64,000 nt of DNA, from assembly GCA_016748015.1 (NCBI GenBank), contig JAAOMT010000531.1:1-64000 (forward strand). The letters run 5' to 3'. Shown here piece by piece: positions 39,330 to 52,512 of this stretch. The DNA comes from Geosiphon pyriformis uo1 (taxonomy: Eukaryota > Fungi > Glomeromycota). Made by a program: the position numbers and the translations under genes. Within the stretch, counting starts at the first letter, position 1, and each line of letters begins with the position of its first letter. Under the pieces are notes generated by a model. That model ran no database searches. It saw only the letters and a program-made list of their open reading frames with translations, and had not been told where the DNA came from.

Positions 39330-39961
39330 TTATCACATGTATTAGCCACAGATGTCATATAATTAGTCACTCTATTTTTAGATAGTAATTATTGACCTGA
39401 TCATTGACTTGATCATTGACCTAGTCGTTGACCTGGTCATTGACCACTTTTCATAGCTATATAAGCAATGAGTCTCTTAGTTGTAAAAAGACATTCAAGA
39501 ACAAGAATCAAATAAATAAAATAACAACTTCATCTCAATTACTCTCTTATCGCTAATTTCTCTTTTCCTACCTTCAAGTATCCGAACATCTTAGTATAAA
39601 AAATTACTTGTTAGCCTTTTTCTGTTTGAATAATTGTAGTATTTGAAGACTATTTGTATAAACGTGACTGAAAAGCACAAGTTGATACCTGATATTGAAT
39701 TCTAAGAGTGCCAACATGAAGCATAGAATTATACCAGTGGTTATCAATTGTTGACAGTACAGACTATTCTTCTACCTTCAGATTCCCTTATTACCTTTTG
39801 AAAAGAATAGCAACTGAGATATTTTATGAGACTGATCTCGCACATTGAATCCATACTCATTCAATTTGCTCATTGAAGTTGAATCCCCTTTGATTATTTC
39901 CATCACCCTACAATTCTGTTCTTCCTTGCTATCCGTTAGCTTGTTACTCCAACCCATAACA
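39299..39961 (+). repeat. 3' LTR of G5
   Basis: TGTTATGG..CCATAACA. Confidence 0.95.
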
Positions 39962-41559
39962 GTACCATTCTTGACTTATTAGTAGAGGCACAAATAATTG
40001 CCTTTGAAAAGATAAAACAGTTCCAAGAAAAGCTTAAGAAAAAAAAAACCTATAAAACACTTTTCTTAAGCATTAGTGACTTGGTTTTGGAATATCATTC
40101 AGATAAAGACAATGTCTATGGTAATAAATTCTCTAGCCAATAAAAAGAACTCTTTATAGTCAACAAAGTTTTGAACAATGGTTCTTATATTCTTCAATAT
40201 CAATCCAGAACAATCTTTAATAATCATCCTGTTCATGGCACACGATTCAAGAAATATCACAAATGATCTGATTGGTTATCTGTTGTGGTAATACTGACCC
40301 AAATGATCAGCAAAAATCAGATATAAATAAATGCACCACTCCCAAAACAGAAGTATCTTTAATCGACATGAACAATTATTTTTTGGATCAAAACATTCAA
40401 AACACTTTCTCTACTCTTCATGAGTATTAGATTAAAAACTATTCAAATACTACTCTGACCATTGGAAAACAAACTACAATAACTGACAACAGTGAAACAC
40501 ATACTGTTATTAGACCAAAGAAAACAACTACCAGAAGAGAAAAAATTGGTAGCAAAATGAATAAATATTTGCTGGAAAGTATAACAGCAGCAATACTTGC
40601 ACCTTCTATTACAATTGGAAAAACAATTAAAGAAATCTTGCCCATAGACAAAAACTTGTCATATGGAAGACAACTAGAACTTTATGGTCGCCTTGGTGAA
40701 ATCATAGAAGACATGAAGCTCATAAAAAAAACAACTTCTGAGATACAAGTGGAAATTTTGGACATTGGTCTCTTGGACACAAAGCTCATTTTGTCTCAAG
40801 TTTTATATATCTTATCCACAAAAGACTTCAACAAATTAGTTAGTTTTGAGTTAGATAAAACTCTTCAAATAAAGTATCCCTTAAATAGTTTGATTTTGCC
40901 AGAGCTCAATTTCTTTGGAGAGGATGATATTATGGTTGAAACTCATAGTTTTTATTAGTTATCACATGTATTAGCCATTGATGTCATATAATTAGCCACT
41001 CTATTTTTAAATAGTGATCATTGACCTGATCATTGACCACTTTCAATAGATATATAAGTAATGAGTTTCTTAGCTGTAGAAAAATATCAATGTAAGGAAT
41101 CAAGACAATTAAAGAAATAAAACAACAAACTTTCATCTCAAACATTCTCTTATTGCTAATTTCCCTTTCCCTACCTTCAAGTATCTGAACATCTTTTGGA
41201 TAAAAAATTACTTGTTGGCACTTTCCTGAAATTGCAGTATTTGAAGATTATTTAAATAAACATGACTGAAGAGCACAAATTAATACCTGATATTGAATTC
41301 TAAGAGCACTGACGTGAGACATAGAATTATACTAGTGGTTATCAATTGTTGACAGTACGGACTATCACTTTATCTTCAGATTCTCTTGTTACCTTTTGAA
41401 AAGAATAGCGACTGAGATATTTTATAAGACTGATCTTGCACATTGAATTCATACTCATTTAATTTGCTCATTGAAGTTGAATTTCCTTTGATTATTTCTA
41501 TCACTCTACAATCCTGTTCTCCCTTGCTATCTGTTAGCTTGTTACTCCAACCTGTAACA
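39962..41559 (+). mobile_element. Gypsy G6, 3' part (integrase end, ORF3 pseudogene 40368-40958, LTR 40928-41559)
   Basis: Resumes integrase sequence at GTAC after the G5 LTR. Confidence 0.9.
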
Positions 41560-42477
41560 ATAGTAATAAGCTGCCTTTAGCGGCTTCTGGTTCATTTTTT
41601 TCACCTTTGGCTGGTAGTTCTTCTCCAGTCAAAGTTTCTTCAAAAAGACACACTCAAGTTAGTCCCAGTGTTGTTTCCACTACTTCAAAAAGCCCAAAGA
41701 TTTTTAATAACAGACCAGTCAACAAGTTGGTCTTTTCTGCTCTTATCATTCCCACTATTACTTTTACTACTACTGCTTCACATATAGCCATGAAAGCCAA
41801 AAATTCTAAAAAACAACAGCAGGCAGTCACAACTGCTATGGTCATACCAAACTTCTTTGTGGTTCCAGATGAGATCTTTGGTAAGATCTCCACAGTAGCA
41901 ACCAGCCCTCTTTCTGATATAAATGGCAACAGCAGCAGCATATCTCCCAAAATAGACCAAGATCAACTACTGGCTGTGTTGTCTGATGTAGTAATCTCCA
42001 ACAGATCATTGCTAATTCCAGTAGCAAAACAGTCTATCAATCCAGATAATCTCAAAAATTGGACTGATCAGATGGAAATGGAATTAACTGTCTCTCTCCC
42101 AGTTTCTGGTGCTGCTGATAGTAGTGTTTGAGAAAATGTAAATGGTTGTCAAAGGTTCTCTGGTTGGGTGGCCTCCAATCTAGTACCTGGAGCTATATTC
42201 AAGATCAAAATGGCCCTGCTTGGTTTCTTGTTTCAGTTACTGCCTGGTTGTATTGGGCTTAAGTCAGTTTTACAAGATGCTGTTAAGTTGTTTTGTGTGG
42301 AATTTGCATCTCAGGAGTGTCTAAATGGTGCCACCAAAGTGGCCATCAGTGATGAGGTGTTTTTAACCACTTTTAAGATTGCACGGTCTTTTGGTGTGGC
42401 CTCTGTTTCTTCTCCTTTCTTGTTAGTTGCACTGCATAATATACCTTTGGGTATCTTTTCTAATGACATCAAAACAA

Positions 42478-44912
42478 AAAACTCTTTCTCTTCTAAATTT
42501 CATGATCACGAATAGAGCTAAGAGTAAAAAAGTTGCAAACGTTACTTTTCTTATAATAACTAATAAAGTTTTAACATGAGAGGGTCTCTCTGTTATTAAA
42601 GCAGCTAGACAAAATGTTCTGGCAACATTTTCTTTAAAAAATAATAGTAATAAGCTGCCTTTAGTAGCTTCTGGTTCATTTTCTTCTCCTTTGGCTGGAA
42701 GTTCTTCTCCAGTCAAAATTCTTTCAAAAAAGCACACTCAAGTTAGTCCTAGTGTTGTCTCTACCACTTCAAAAAGCCCAAAGATTTTTAATAACAGACC
42801 AGTCAACAAGTTGGTTTTTCCTGCTCTCACCACTTCTATTACTACTTTTACTACTACTGCTTTACAAATGGCCACAAAAGCAAAAAATCCCAAAAAACAG
42901 CAGCAGGCAGTCACAACTGCTATGGTCACACCAAACCTCTTTGTGGTTCCAGATGAGATTTTCAGTAAGATCTCCACAGTAACAGCCAGCCCTATTTCTG
43001 ATATGGATGGCAACAGCAGTGGCACATCTCCCAAGTTGGGCCAAGATCAACCACTGGCTGTGTTGCCTAATGTGGTACTCTCTGGCAGATCATCGCCAAT
43101 CTCAGTAGCAAAACAGTCCATCAATCCAGATGATCTCAAAGATTGAGCTGATCAGATGGAAATGGAATCAACTGTTCCCCCCTAGTTTCTGGTGCATCTG
43201 ATGCTGGTGCTTGGGAGAATATGAATGGGCGTCAAAAATTCTCTGGTTGGGTGGCCTCCAATCTTGTACCTGGTGCTACATTTAAGATTAAAATGGCTTT
43301 GCTCAATTCCTTGTTTCAGTTGCTGCCTGGTTGTATTGGGCTTAAATCTGTTTCACGAGATGCTGTCAAGTTGTTCTGTGTGGAATTTGCATCTCAGGAG
43401 TGTCTAAATGGTACTATCAAAGTGGCCATCAGTGATGAGGTTTTTTTGACCACTCTTAAGATTGCACAGTCTTCAGAAATGGCCTTTGTTTCTTCCCTTT
43501 CTTTGTCAATTACACTGCGTAATGTATCCTTGGGTGCCTCTTCTGATAACATCAAATCTGCTCTTAGCATTTTTCGTGTTGTCACTTCTGTTAAGTTGAA
43601 GCCTGCTGGCTTATGGCAATATGCTGTGGTTAGCTTTAAGAACATTTTTTCTGCTGCTGCTGCTCTTTCTAACTGGTCTGTGTTGGTCAGAAAAGATAGT
43701 GTTAGGATTCTTTCCATTACCAACCAAAAGAAAGTTATCTTCTCAAGCGATGCTTTCAAAGCTAAGCTGGTTAATCTTCCATTTGGCTGTACTGCATTTG
43801 AGATAAGTGATCTAGTTTTCCAAGTTGGTGGCCGTATGTGTTTCATTCCCCACTCCCCTAATTCCTATTGACATCAACACTTTGCAGTGATGACTTTTGG
43901 CTCCTTGGAATCTTTGAATGCTGCTGTTTCAAAAACCAGTACCTTATGTGGTTGCCACATCTGATAGGAAACTCTTGGATGTTGTCGCTGCTATAGATGT
44001 CAAAGTTTAGATCATTTGGCTGTGGACTGCAAGGTGTTACCACCTTTCCCTCCCAAACTCTTTTCTAATTCTGCTGGTGGTTCTATTATTTTCAAGTCAT
44101 TCCTTATTAAAGCTAAATCCTATGCCAAAGCTGTTACTTCTGTGGTTCCTCCTGTTGCTGCTGCTACTGATATGGGTCTGACTTCCAGTATCTCCCTTAG
44201 AGTTGTGGTGCTGCTGTTACCAGTTGTCTCCTCTGGTTCAGATGTTGCTGTTAATATTAGGTTGGCTTCTCTGGAAATCCAACTTAGTGAACTGTCTTTG
44301 TTGATCAAATCTATAGTTGAGCCTGTGGGTTTTTTGGTTGCATTGGTTACTATGTTATTGTCTACTCCACCAGTTATGGCAGAGGCAATGAAGAAAAGTG
44401 TGATTGGATTGAGAAACCAAATTAAAGCTGTATGTGCTATGGCTTTTATGCTACAAAAGGAAGTAGGGGCCCTCAAGTTGAGGAGTGAAAAGGTGCACTA
44501 TAATATATCTGATGATGAAGACATGGATGATAATAATGATAATAATGATGATGGTGATGCTAAAGATTTTTTGGTCTATAATAATATATTTGATGTGATA
44601 ATAGAGTTATAGGAGGTTCAATCCTCTAATATCAAGTCCGATCCAGATCAGACTGCTAAGTGGATGAGCAGTCTTGTTAAGAGTAGTCATGAACTTGTAT
44701 GCATTATGGGTAAGATGTATGAATTAGATATGTTTAATACATTAGGTAGCAAAGATAATATTAGCGTGTAGTTAGGACTTTCTGCTTGTGGTTAGCCACA
44801 TCTTGTAATATGTATTATTAAGTGAGCTGGCTTTATAAAACTGCCACACTACTGTGAAATAACTAATAAATGACCAGTGTGGCTACACATTAACAAAAAA
44901 AAAAAAAAAAAA
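42478..44912 (+). mobile_element. ORF1-only retroposon, subfamily B, copy H5, full length
   Basis: ATG at 42502; poly(A); TSD GACATCAAAAC 42465-42475 / 44913-44923. Confidence 0.92.
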
Positions 44913-45437
44913 GACATCAAAACTGCTCTTGGCATTTTTGGTGTTGTCACTTCTGTTAAGTTGAAGTCTGCTGGCTTATGGCAATATGCTGTGGTTAATT
45001 TTAAGGACATTTTTTCTGCTGCTGCTGCTCTCTCTAACTGGTCTGTATTGGTCAGAAAAAATAGTGTTAGGATTTTTCTTGTTGCCAACCAAAAGAAAGT
45101 TATTTCCTCAAGAGATGCATTCAAAGCTAAGTTGGTCAATTTTTTATTTGGCTGTACTACCTTTGAGATAAGCAATTTGGTCTCCCAAGTTGGTGGCCAT
45201 ATGTGTTTCATTTCTTGCTCCCTTGAATCTTATTGACATCAATGCTTTGCTGTGGTTACCTTTGATTCTTTGGAATCTCTGAATGTTGCTGTGTTAAAAA
45301 CTGGTACCTTGTGTGGTTGTCACATCTAGTGGAAAACTCTTGGGTGTTGCCGTTGTTACAGGTGTTAAGACTTGGATCATTTGGCTGTGAACTGCAAAAA
45401 GTTGTCTCCTTCCACACTCAAACTCTACTCCAACACT

Positions 45438-47864
45438 TTTTTTTTTTTTGTTAATGTGTAGCCACACCAGTCGTTTATTAGTTAGTCCACAGTACTGTAG
45501 TGGTTTTATAAAGCCAGCTCACTCAATAATATATATTACAAGATACGGCTAACCACAAGCAGAAAGTCCTAACTACATGCTAGTACTACCTTTGCTACCT
45601 AATGTATTAAACATATCTAATTTATACATCTTACCCATAATGCATACTAGTTCATAACTACTTTTAACAAGACTGCTCATCCACTTAGCCGTCTGATCTG
45701 GATCAGACTTGATATTAGAGGATTGAACCTTCCATAACTCCATCATTGCATCAAATGTATCATCATAGACTGAAAAATTTTTAGTATCACCATTATCATC
45801 ATCATCATCCATGTCTTCATTATCAGATATGTTATAGGGTACCTTCCTACTTCTCAACTTGAGAGCCCCCACTTCTTTCTGCAGCACAAAAGCCACAGCA
45901 CAAACAGCCTTAATTTGGTTTCCCAATCCAATCACACTTTTCTTCATTGCCTCTGCCATAACTGGTGGAATAAACAATAACGTAGTAACCAATGCAACCA
46001 AAGAACCCATAGGCTCAACTATAGATTTGATCAACAAAGACAGTTCACTAAGTTGGGTTTTCAGAGAAGCCAATCTAGTATTAACCGCAACATCTAAACC
46101 AGAGAAGGCAACTGGCAACAGTGGCACCACAACTCTAAGGGAGATACTAAAAGTCAGACCCATATCAGTAGCAGCAACAACAGAAAGAACCACAGAAGTG
46201 GCAGCTTTGGCATAGGATTTAGCTCTAATAAGGGATGACTTGAAAATGATGGGACCACCAGCAGAATTAGAAGAGAGTTTGGGAGGGAAAGGTGGCAACA
46301 CCTTGCAGTCTGCAGCCAAATGATCCAAACTTTGACATCTATAGTAGTGACAACATCCAAGAGTTTCCCACCAGATGCGGCAGCCACGTAAGGTACTGGT
46401 TTTTGAAACAGCAGCATTTAAAAATTTTAAGGAATCAAAGGTTACCACAGCAAAGCGTTGACATTGATAGTAATCAGGGGAGCAGGGAATAAAACATATA
46501 TGGCCATCAACTTGGGAGACCAGATCACTTATCTCAAATGCAGTGCAGCCAAACGGAAGATTAACCAGCTTAGCTTTAAAAGCATCTCTTGAGGAAATAA
46601 TCTTCTTTTGGTTGGCAATAGGAAGAATCCTAACACTATTTTTTCTGACCAATACAGACCAGTTAGAGAGAGCAGCAGCAGCAGAAGAAATGTTCTTAAA
46701 GTTAACCACAGCATATTGCCATAAGCCAGCAGGCTTCAACTTAACAGAAGTGACAACACCAAAAATGCCAAAAGCAGATTTAATATTACCAGAAGAGGCA
46801 CTCAAGGGTACATCATGCAGTGCAACTAACAAAAAAGGGGAAGAAACAGAGGCCACTTCTGAAGACCGTGCAATCTTAAAAGTGGTCAAAAAAACCTCAT
46901 CACCAATGGCCATCTTGGTAGCACCATTTAGACATTCCTGAAATGCAAATTCCACACAGAACAACTTGACAGCATCTCATGAAACCAATTTAAGCCCAAT
47001 ACAACCAGGCAGCAACTGAAACAAAGAACTGAGCAAAGCCATCTTGATCTTAAACATAGCACCAGATACAAGATTGGAGGCCACCCAACCAGAGAATCTT
47101 TGACATCCATTCACATTCACCTAAGCACCAGCATCAGATGCACCAGAAACTGGGGGGGAACAGTTGATTCCATTTCCATCTGATCAGCCCAATCTTTGAG
47201 ATCATCTGGATTGATGGACTGTTTTGCTACTGGGATTGGCAATAATCTGCCAGAGAGTACCACATCAGGCAACACAGCCAGTGGTTGATCTTGGCCCAAC
47301 TTGGAAGATGTGCCACTGCTGTTGCCATCCATATTAGGAATAGGGCTGGCTGCTGCTGTAGAGATCTTACTGAAGATCTCATCTGGAACCACAAAGGGGT
47401 TCAGTGTGACCATAGCAGTTGCAACTGCCTGCTACTGTTTTTTGGAATTTTTGGCTTTCACGGCCATTTGTGAAGCATTAGTAGTAGAAGTAATAGTGGG
47501 AATGGTGAGAGCAAGAAAGACCAACTTGTTGACTGGCCTGTTATTAAAAATCTTTGGGCTTTTTGAAGTAGTGGAGACAACACTGGAACTAACCCGAGTG
47601 TGTCTTTTTGAAAGAACTTTGACTGAGGAAGAACTACCAGCCAAAGGTGAAAAAAATGAACCAAAAGCTGCTAAAGGCAGCTTATTACTATTATTTTTTA
47701 AAGAAAATGTTGCCAGAACATTTTGTCTAGCTGCTTTAATAACGGAAAGACCCTCTCATGTTGAAACTTTATTAGTTACTATAGGAAAAATAATGTTTGC
47801 AACTTTTTTACTCTTAGCTCTATTTGTGGTCATGAAATTTAGAAGAGAAAAAGTTTTTTTTTTT
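45438..47864 (-). mobile_element. ORF1-only retroposon, subfamily B, copy H6, full length, inverted
   Basis: Poly(T) at the left end; 16-bp TSD ACTCTACTYCAACACT 45422-45437 / 47865-47880. Confidence 0.93.
45573..47833 (-). pseudogene. ORF1-like protein of H6 (~750 aa: S/T-rich N-terminus, RRMs, CCHC, coiled coil, acidic tail); 463-aa stretch still open
   Basis: DVPL..FGVV..WQYAVVNF and AKLVNLPFGCTAF RRM-like motifs, (C)YRCQSLDHLAADC, RLASLKTQLSELSLLIKSI heptads, poly-Asp. Confidence 0.85.
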
Positions 47865-48665
47865 ACTCTACTTCAACACTTCTGGTGGCCCCAAAATTTT
47901 CAAACCTTTATTTGCTGGATCTAAATCTTATGCCAAAGCTGCTGCTTTTGTGGTTTCTCCTGGTGCTGCTGCTGCTGATATGAACTTGAATCTCAGTGGT
48001 CCTCCCAAAACTACACCACCCATGGTATCTGCTATACTTTTTGTTCCCAAGTTTACTGTTGAATCTAGGTTGGCTTCCTTGGAATCCCATCTTAGTGAAC
48101 TCTCTGTGTTGATAAAATCTTTAGTTGAACCTATTGGTGCTCTTGTTGTATTGGTTACTAAACTGCTGTCTACTTCAACTACCATGGATGTGTCAATTAA
48201 AGAATGTATGAATAGTTTGGCTAAACAAAATAAAGGCTTGGCTGTTGTTGTTTCTGTGATACAGAAAAGCATTACACACCTTGAGAAAAGATGTGAACAG
48301 GCTGGCTTGGAGAATGGATCAGATGTTAATGACATAATTGATGATGATGATGATAAAAATTTTTCAGTTTATGATAATACTTTTGATGTTATGATGCACC
48401 TATGAGAAGATCAGCCTTTTAGTATCAAATTCAGTTCTGATCAGACTGCATTATGGGTAAGATGTATGAATTAGAAATGTTTGATACATTAAGTAGCAAA
48501 GGTAGTACTAACGTGTAGTTAAGGCTTTCCACTATGTGGTTAGTCACATCTTGTAAACTTTGTATTATTGAGTGAGCTGGCTTTATGAAAGCGCCAACTT
48601 TATTGTTGGACAAAACTAATAAACAATCAATGTGGCTACATGTTAACATAAAAAAAAAAAAAAAA

Positions 48666-50070
48666 GGTCTAATACAATTCTTTGTCTTTTTTTGTTCAAA
48701 ATGCTTTTGATTATAGCTCTTTTGTTTAGATCAAAGTTTTGTTCTCTCCTAATAATATTGTTTACTATCTGTCTCTACTGTTGTAGCCTGATCCTAGCTT
48801 GCAGTGTTGATCTGTATTCTTTTTTAATATTGAGTAATTCCATAATTAGCTTATTCTTTGGGAAAGTTATCAGATATGCATTAACTGCTTCAGGTTTCAG
48901 CTGTTTCCATTTGGCCAACAACTGCATAACATTGTTATTATGCATATCTGCATTGTTTACTCTTATTAGTTTGATTATATCAGCAACAATCCTAACAAGC
49001 TTGTGATCTATGCATTCTTTCTTTGAGTGTACAGATCGGGCTCCCACTTTCCTTTTTGGTAGGCACTTAGCAGCTTGTAACACAGTCTCCTTGATTGTAA
49101 GCCACATCTGGTTTAGATTATCATTGCTGTTATCTACTGATTTTTTTTGTGCTTTATCTGTTAGTTAATCAGATTTTCTAGCATAGATTTCTCATTGGAT
49201 TCCAGATGCTTTTTTAACATCAATCATAGTTGTGCTACACTTTTTTCTTCCAGATCTAGATTTTTTAGTGCCTGCCAAGATTCTATCAGATTGGATGATT
49301 GTTACTACTGCTTTGTAATCTGTGCTAAAAGATTCATTAACATCAATCACCCCAATATTTGTAACCAGTGATGCTGTAACTGCATTAGTAAATACATAGT
49401 TTAATTTTCTTTGTATACCATTTGATGCCCATGTTTTTTTTGAATTGTTTGTTGCATATGCCCCATATGTATCTATTAAATTCATATGTTGTAATGTTGC
49501 AACAGTTGGACAAACTTTGGCCTTATTTGTAGCATATGTTTCCTCAAGTGACTTGGATAACAGATCTTCATTCAAATTGCCTACAACTATGATAATCTCT
49601 TTGTTCTGTACAATGTCTCCTAAAAGTTTCCTGATTTCTTTAGCTACTGCTCTTTCAGTAGGCAATTTGGAAGCAGGCATGTACAGTCCTATTATGTACA
49701 CACTGACTCTTCCTCTAAATTTTAACCCCAAATACAACAACCTCTCATGAAACTCCTTGATTGTTTCTACATGGTGTATCCAACATTTTTTGACCAGTAT
49801 ACCAACACCAGTTCCTATTTGTTTCTCTGTACTTGATTTCCAAAAGGCATGATATTCATTAGAACCAAAAAATACACCTTTTTTTTTTGTTGGAGTTATT
49901 TTAGTTTCTGTAACAATCACAAAGTCAAATTGTTCTTCAATAATCCAACATAGCACCTCTTCAGCTTTACCAAGATTATTAAGCCCTCTAACATTAACAG
50001 TACCAATTTTCCAAGTGTCATTATTGGAGTAGTTCTGTTCTATGTTAGAATCAAGTGTGCTACATATCAT
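48666..50070 (-). pseudogene. LINE ORF2 N-terminus (APE endonuclease)
   Basis: IGTVNVRGLN, IVTETK, GTGVGIL, G(N)LNE, STD(Y)KAV. Confidence 0.93.
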
Positions 50071-52290
50071 CTGTTTCCATAAATTTAGATTCTCCAGCAG
50101 TAGAACTGCTCCAACTACTCTGTTTTTTCACTTGCTTCAATAACTTCAAAATAGGTTCCAAAGTTTTTTTAATTTTGTTGATTTCCAATTCTGGGTTATA
50201 TGTCTCTTTTTTTTTTGCTGGGGTAGATTTCAATGTAGTACTTTGGTTTGGTAACCCAATTTCTACCACTTTTTTTTTTTCTGAGGTGTTACTCAGCTGT
50301 TGAATAACTATTACTTTTTTACCTTTCTCTAAGTTTGGCAGCAACTGTATTCAGCAGTTTCGCCATTTCATTAACCTGCTGTTTTAGTTTATTAATTTCA
50401 CTCTTCCATGGTTGGTTAACTCTTTTTTTTGATTGTTCTTCCCTATTGTTTACTTGTGAACCAGGTTTCTGAGTATTGTTTGGATTGGTGTTGTTCCAAT
50501 TATGGGACAGTCTGAGTGCAGCCATATTAGCATATGATCTTTCACCAAAGGCCTTGATGTTTTCCTCTGGAATATTTCTCTTAACATACAGTTTTGCCAA
50601 TCTGATATTTTTTGGTATCTCCTTCTTTTTTCTTATGCAGGGTTGGACATTTTGAGACCAAATGTCCTACCTGGTAACAGAAGTGGCACTCTTTAACATC
50701 AGTAAGATCCAGTGGACCAGTGTGTCACCAATTACCAAGGGCTTTTTAGTGGTATTGTTGTGACTAGCTTTACTGTTAAATTTTATGTAAGCACAGTCTA
50801 TCCTTGTGTAATTTTTACTAGTTCTTAGGATGAAGCAGGATTGGGCTTTGATTTGATCTAAAGTAGTGTTCAAATAGTGAGCAGTACAGTTCTGTGGTAG
50901 GCCCACCAATTTAGTTTCCCAGGTTTTTCTCTGCTCAATGATTTTTTGGGTTCTAATCATTGGGTAAATTCTGACCACATATTTTTTGACCATGGTCAAC
51001 CATTGATCTACAGCTCTTGTTGCTTCTTCTTAGTTGCTATATTCTACTACTGCTAATTGCCATTTGCCAGCCACTCTGATTTGGATTTTATTGACCTTAT
51101 CAAATTCTTTCATAACAGCTCCCACCTCTTTGTTAGAGATGCCCAAGAGGATATCTCTTACCAGAACTTTTTTTTGACCAGCTATTTAAATGTTGACATC
51201 ATCAGTAGCCATCAAAAATAATTCAATTTCATTATTTGCCAGAATTTCTTTGGTTTGGTCTCTTCCAGCCACTTGGGAAAAATCAACTCTGATTTCTTGG
51301 TTTCTAGCCATTACAGCTCCAAAAGATCGTAAATTTATCCCACTTTCTTTCCCATGATTTTTTCAGGTATATCTAATGTTTGTATAAAAAGTACATGCTT
51401 TTTGGTCCCATGGACCACCGTTCTCTATTTTTCCTCCTGGTTTGCTTCCATAAGCATGGGTTTTTTGTCAAGTGACTTATTACTGTATTGTTCTGGACTT
51501 AGACTAGCCATTTTGCTTGATAGGCTTGATTCAAAGTCTTTTATGTCTTCTGCAATATCATCCGCATTAGGCTTATCTCTGTTTGCATTAAATAGATTGT
51601 CTATTTGTTCTTTATTCTCTAATGCAGAATTTTCTCTGTTGATCCTATCCAAAATATCAGAATTGCATTTTCTCAGAGCTGCTTCTATTTGTGTAGCTCT
51701 GTCTCTGTCTTCTTTAGGCACTTTGGATGGTTCATCTATTTTTTTCAGGAACTTTGAGGCTTCTTTTTTACCAGTCCAAGCTTTCATTTGAAATTTATTG
51801 CTATTTCTTCCTTTGTTGAACATTGGCTGTAAGACAAAGTTATCAGTTTGAACAGATGTGGTTTCGGGTAGGTCTTTTTTAGATATTTGGGTAAATTTCT
51901 CAATTAGCCCTTTTACACTTAATCTTTTAATGTGTCTGTATTTTTCATTGGCTTTTTCCTCCAATCTGTTAGCTGTTATCAGAGAAAAGTCTGCTGCTCT
52001 CCTATATAGAACTGTTCTTTTCGATGTGTTGGCTATTTTAAAGGGTGTATTGTCTCCACTACTTGTGTTCACACTTCCAAATGGCTTATTAATAGTTTCA
52101 AATCTAAATAGAGGTGTAATAGGTCTAGCAGTTTCCATAGTTAATGACTTTTGTGAATTAGTGTTAATGTCTTCTCCTTCAGTAGTAGAAGTTATGTTCC
52201 CTTCCACTTGGTATTCACTATCAATAATCTTTACACTTGTACTTCTTTACATGACTGTTGTCACTTTACTGTTGACATTGTTATCAGACA
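50060..52290 (-). pseudogene. LINE ORF1 (RRMs, CCHC knuckle, coiled coil); start position approximate
   Basis: KLVGLPQNCTAH, CHFCYQVGHLVSKC-type knuckle, RSYANMA; ends METDDM*. Confidence 0.85.
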
Positions 52291-52435
52291 CTTTTAAGTC
52301 TGTTGTAATAGTAATAATAATATATTTCAGTTAAAGGTTTCTTTGCAAAAACTTATTTTTCAAATTTGAGATGTAATAAATTGTGTGGTAATAGTCAAAG
52401 AGAGAAAAAAGCTTTTTTTGTGGTAATAGAGCATA

Positions 52436-52512
52436 TAAAGTGGCTAATTTATATAACATTAATGGCTAATACATGTGATAATTAATAAGAAATATAAGTT
52501 TCAACCATAACA
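52436..52512 (-). repeat. 5'-terminal fragment of a Gypsy LTR (G7)
   Basis: Reverse complement of the TGTTATGGTTGAAAC LTR start; interrupted by L2. Confidence 0.8.

Larger units (their letters stand above)
32640..39961 (+). mobile_element. Gypsy G5 (first half of 5' LTR missing, otherwise complete)
   Basis: LTR half 32640-32992, PBS 32999-33015, gag, pol, ORF3, 3' LTR 39299-39961. Confidence 0.95.
41560..48665 (+). mobile_element. ORF1-only retroposon, subfamily A, copy H4 (5' end lost); hosts H5 and H6
   Basis: Pieces 41560-42475, 44924-45437 and 47881-48665 are collinear; poly(A) 48650-48665; abuts LINE ORF2 in the opposite orientation. Confidence 0.88.
48666..52430 (-). mobile_element. 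LINE copy L2: 5' half (5' UTR, ORF1, ORF2 APE)
   Basis: 48666-49800 is homologous to 17845-18979; ORF1 lies upstream; 5' end abuts an LTR fragment. Confidence 0.92.

Noticed and set aside
14231-52430. L1 and L2 as two halves of one LINE
   Set aside because: They overlap by ~1.1 kb of diverged homologous sequence, so they are different copies
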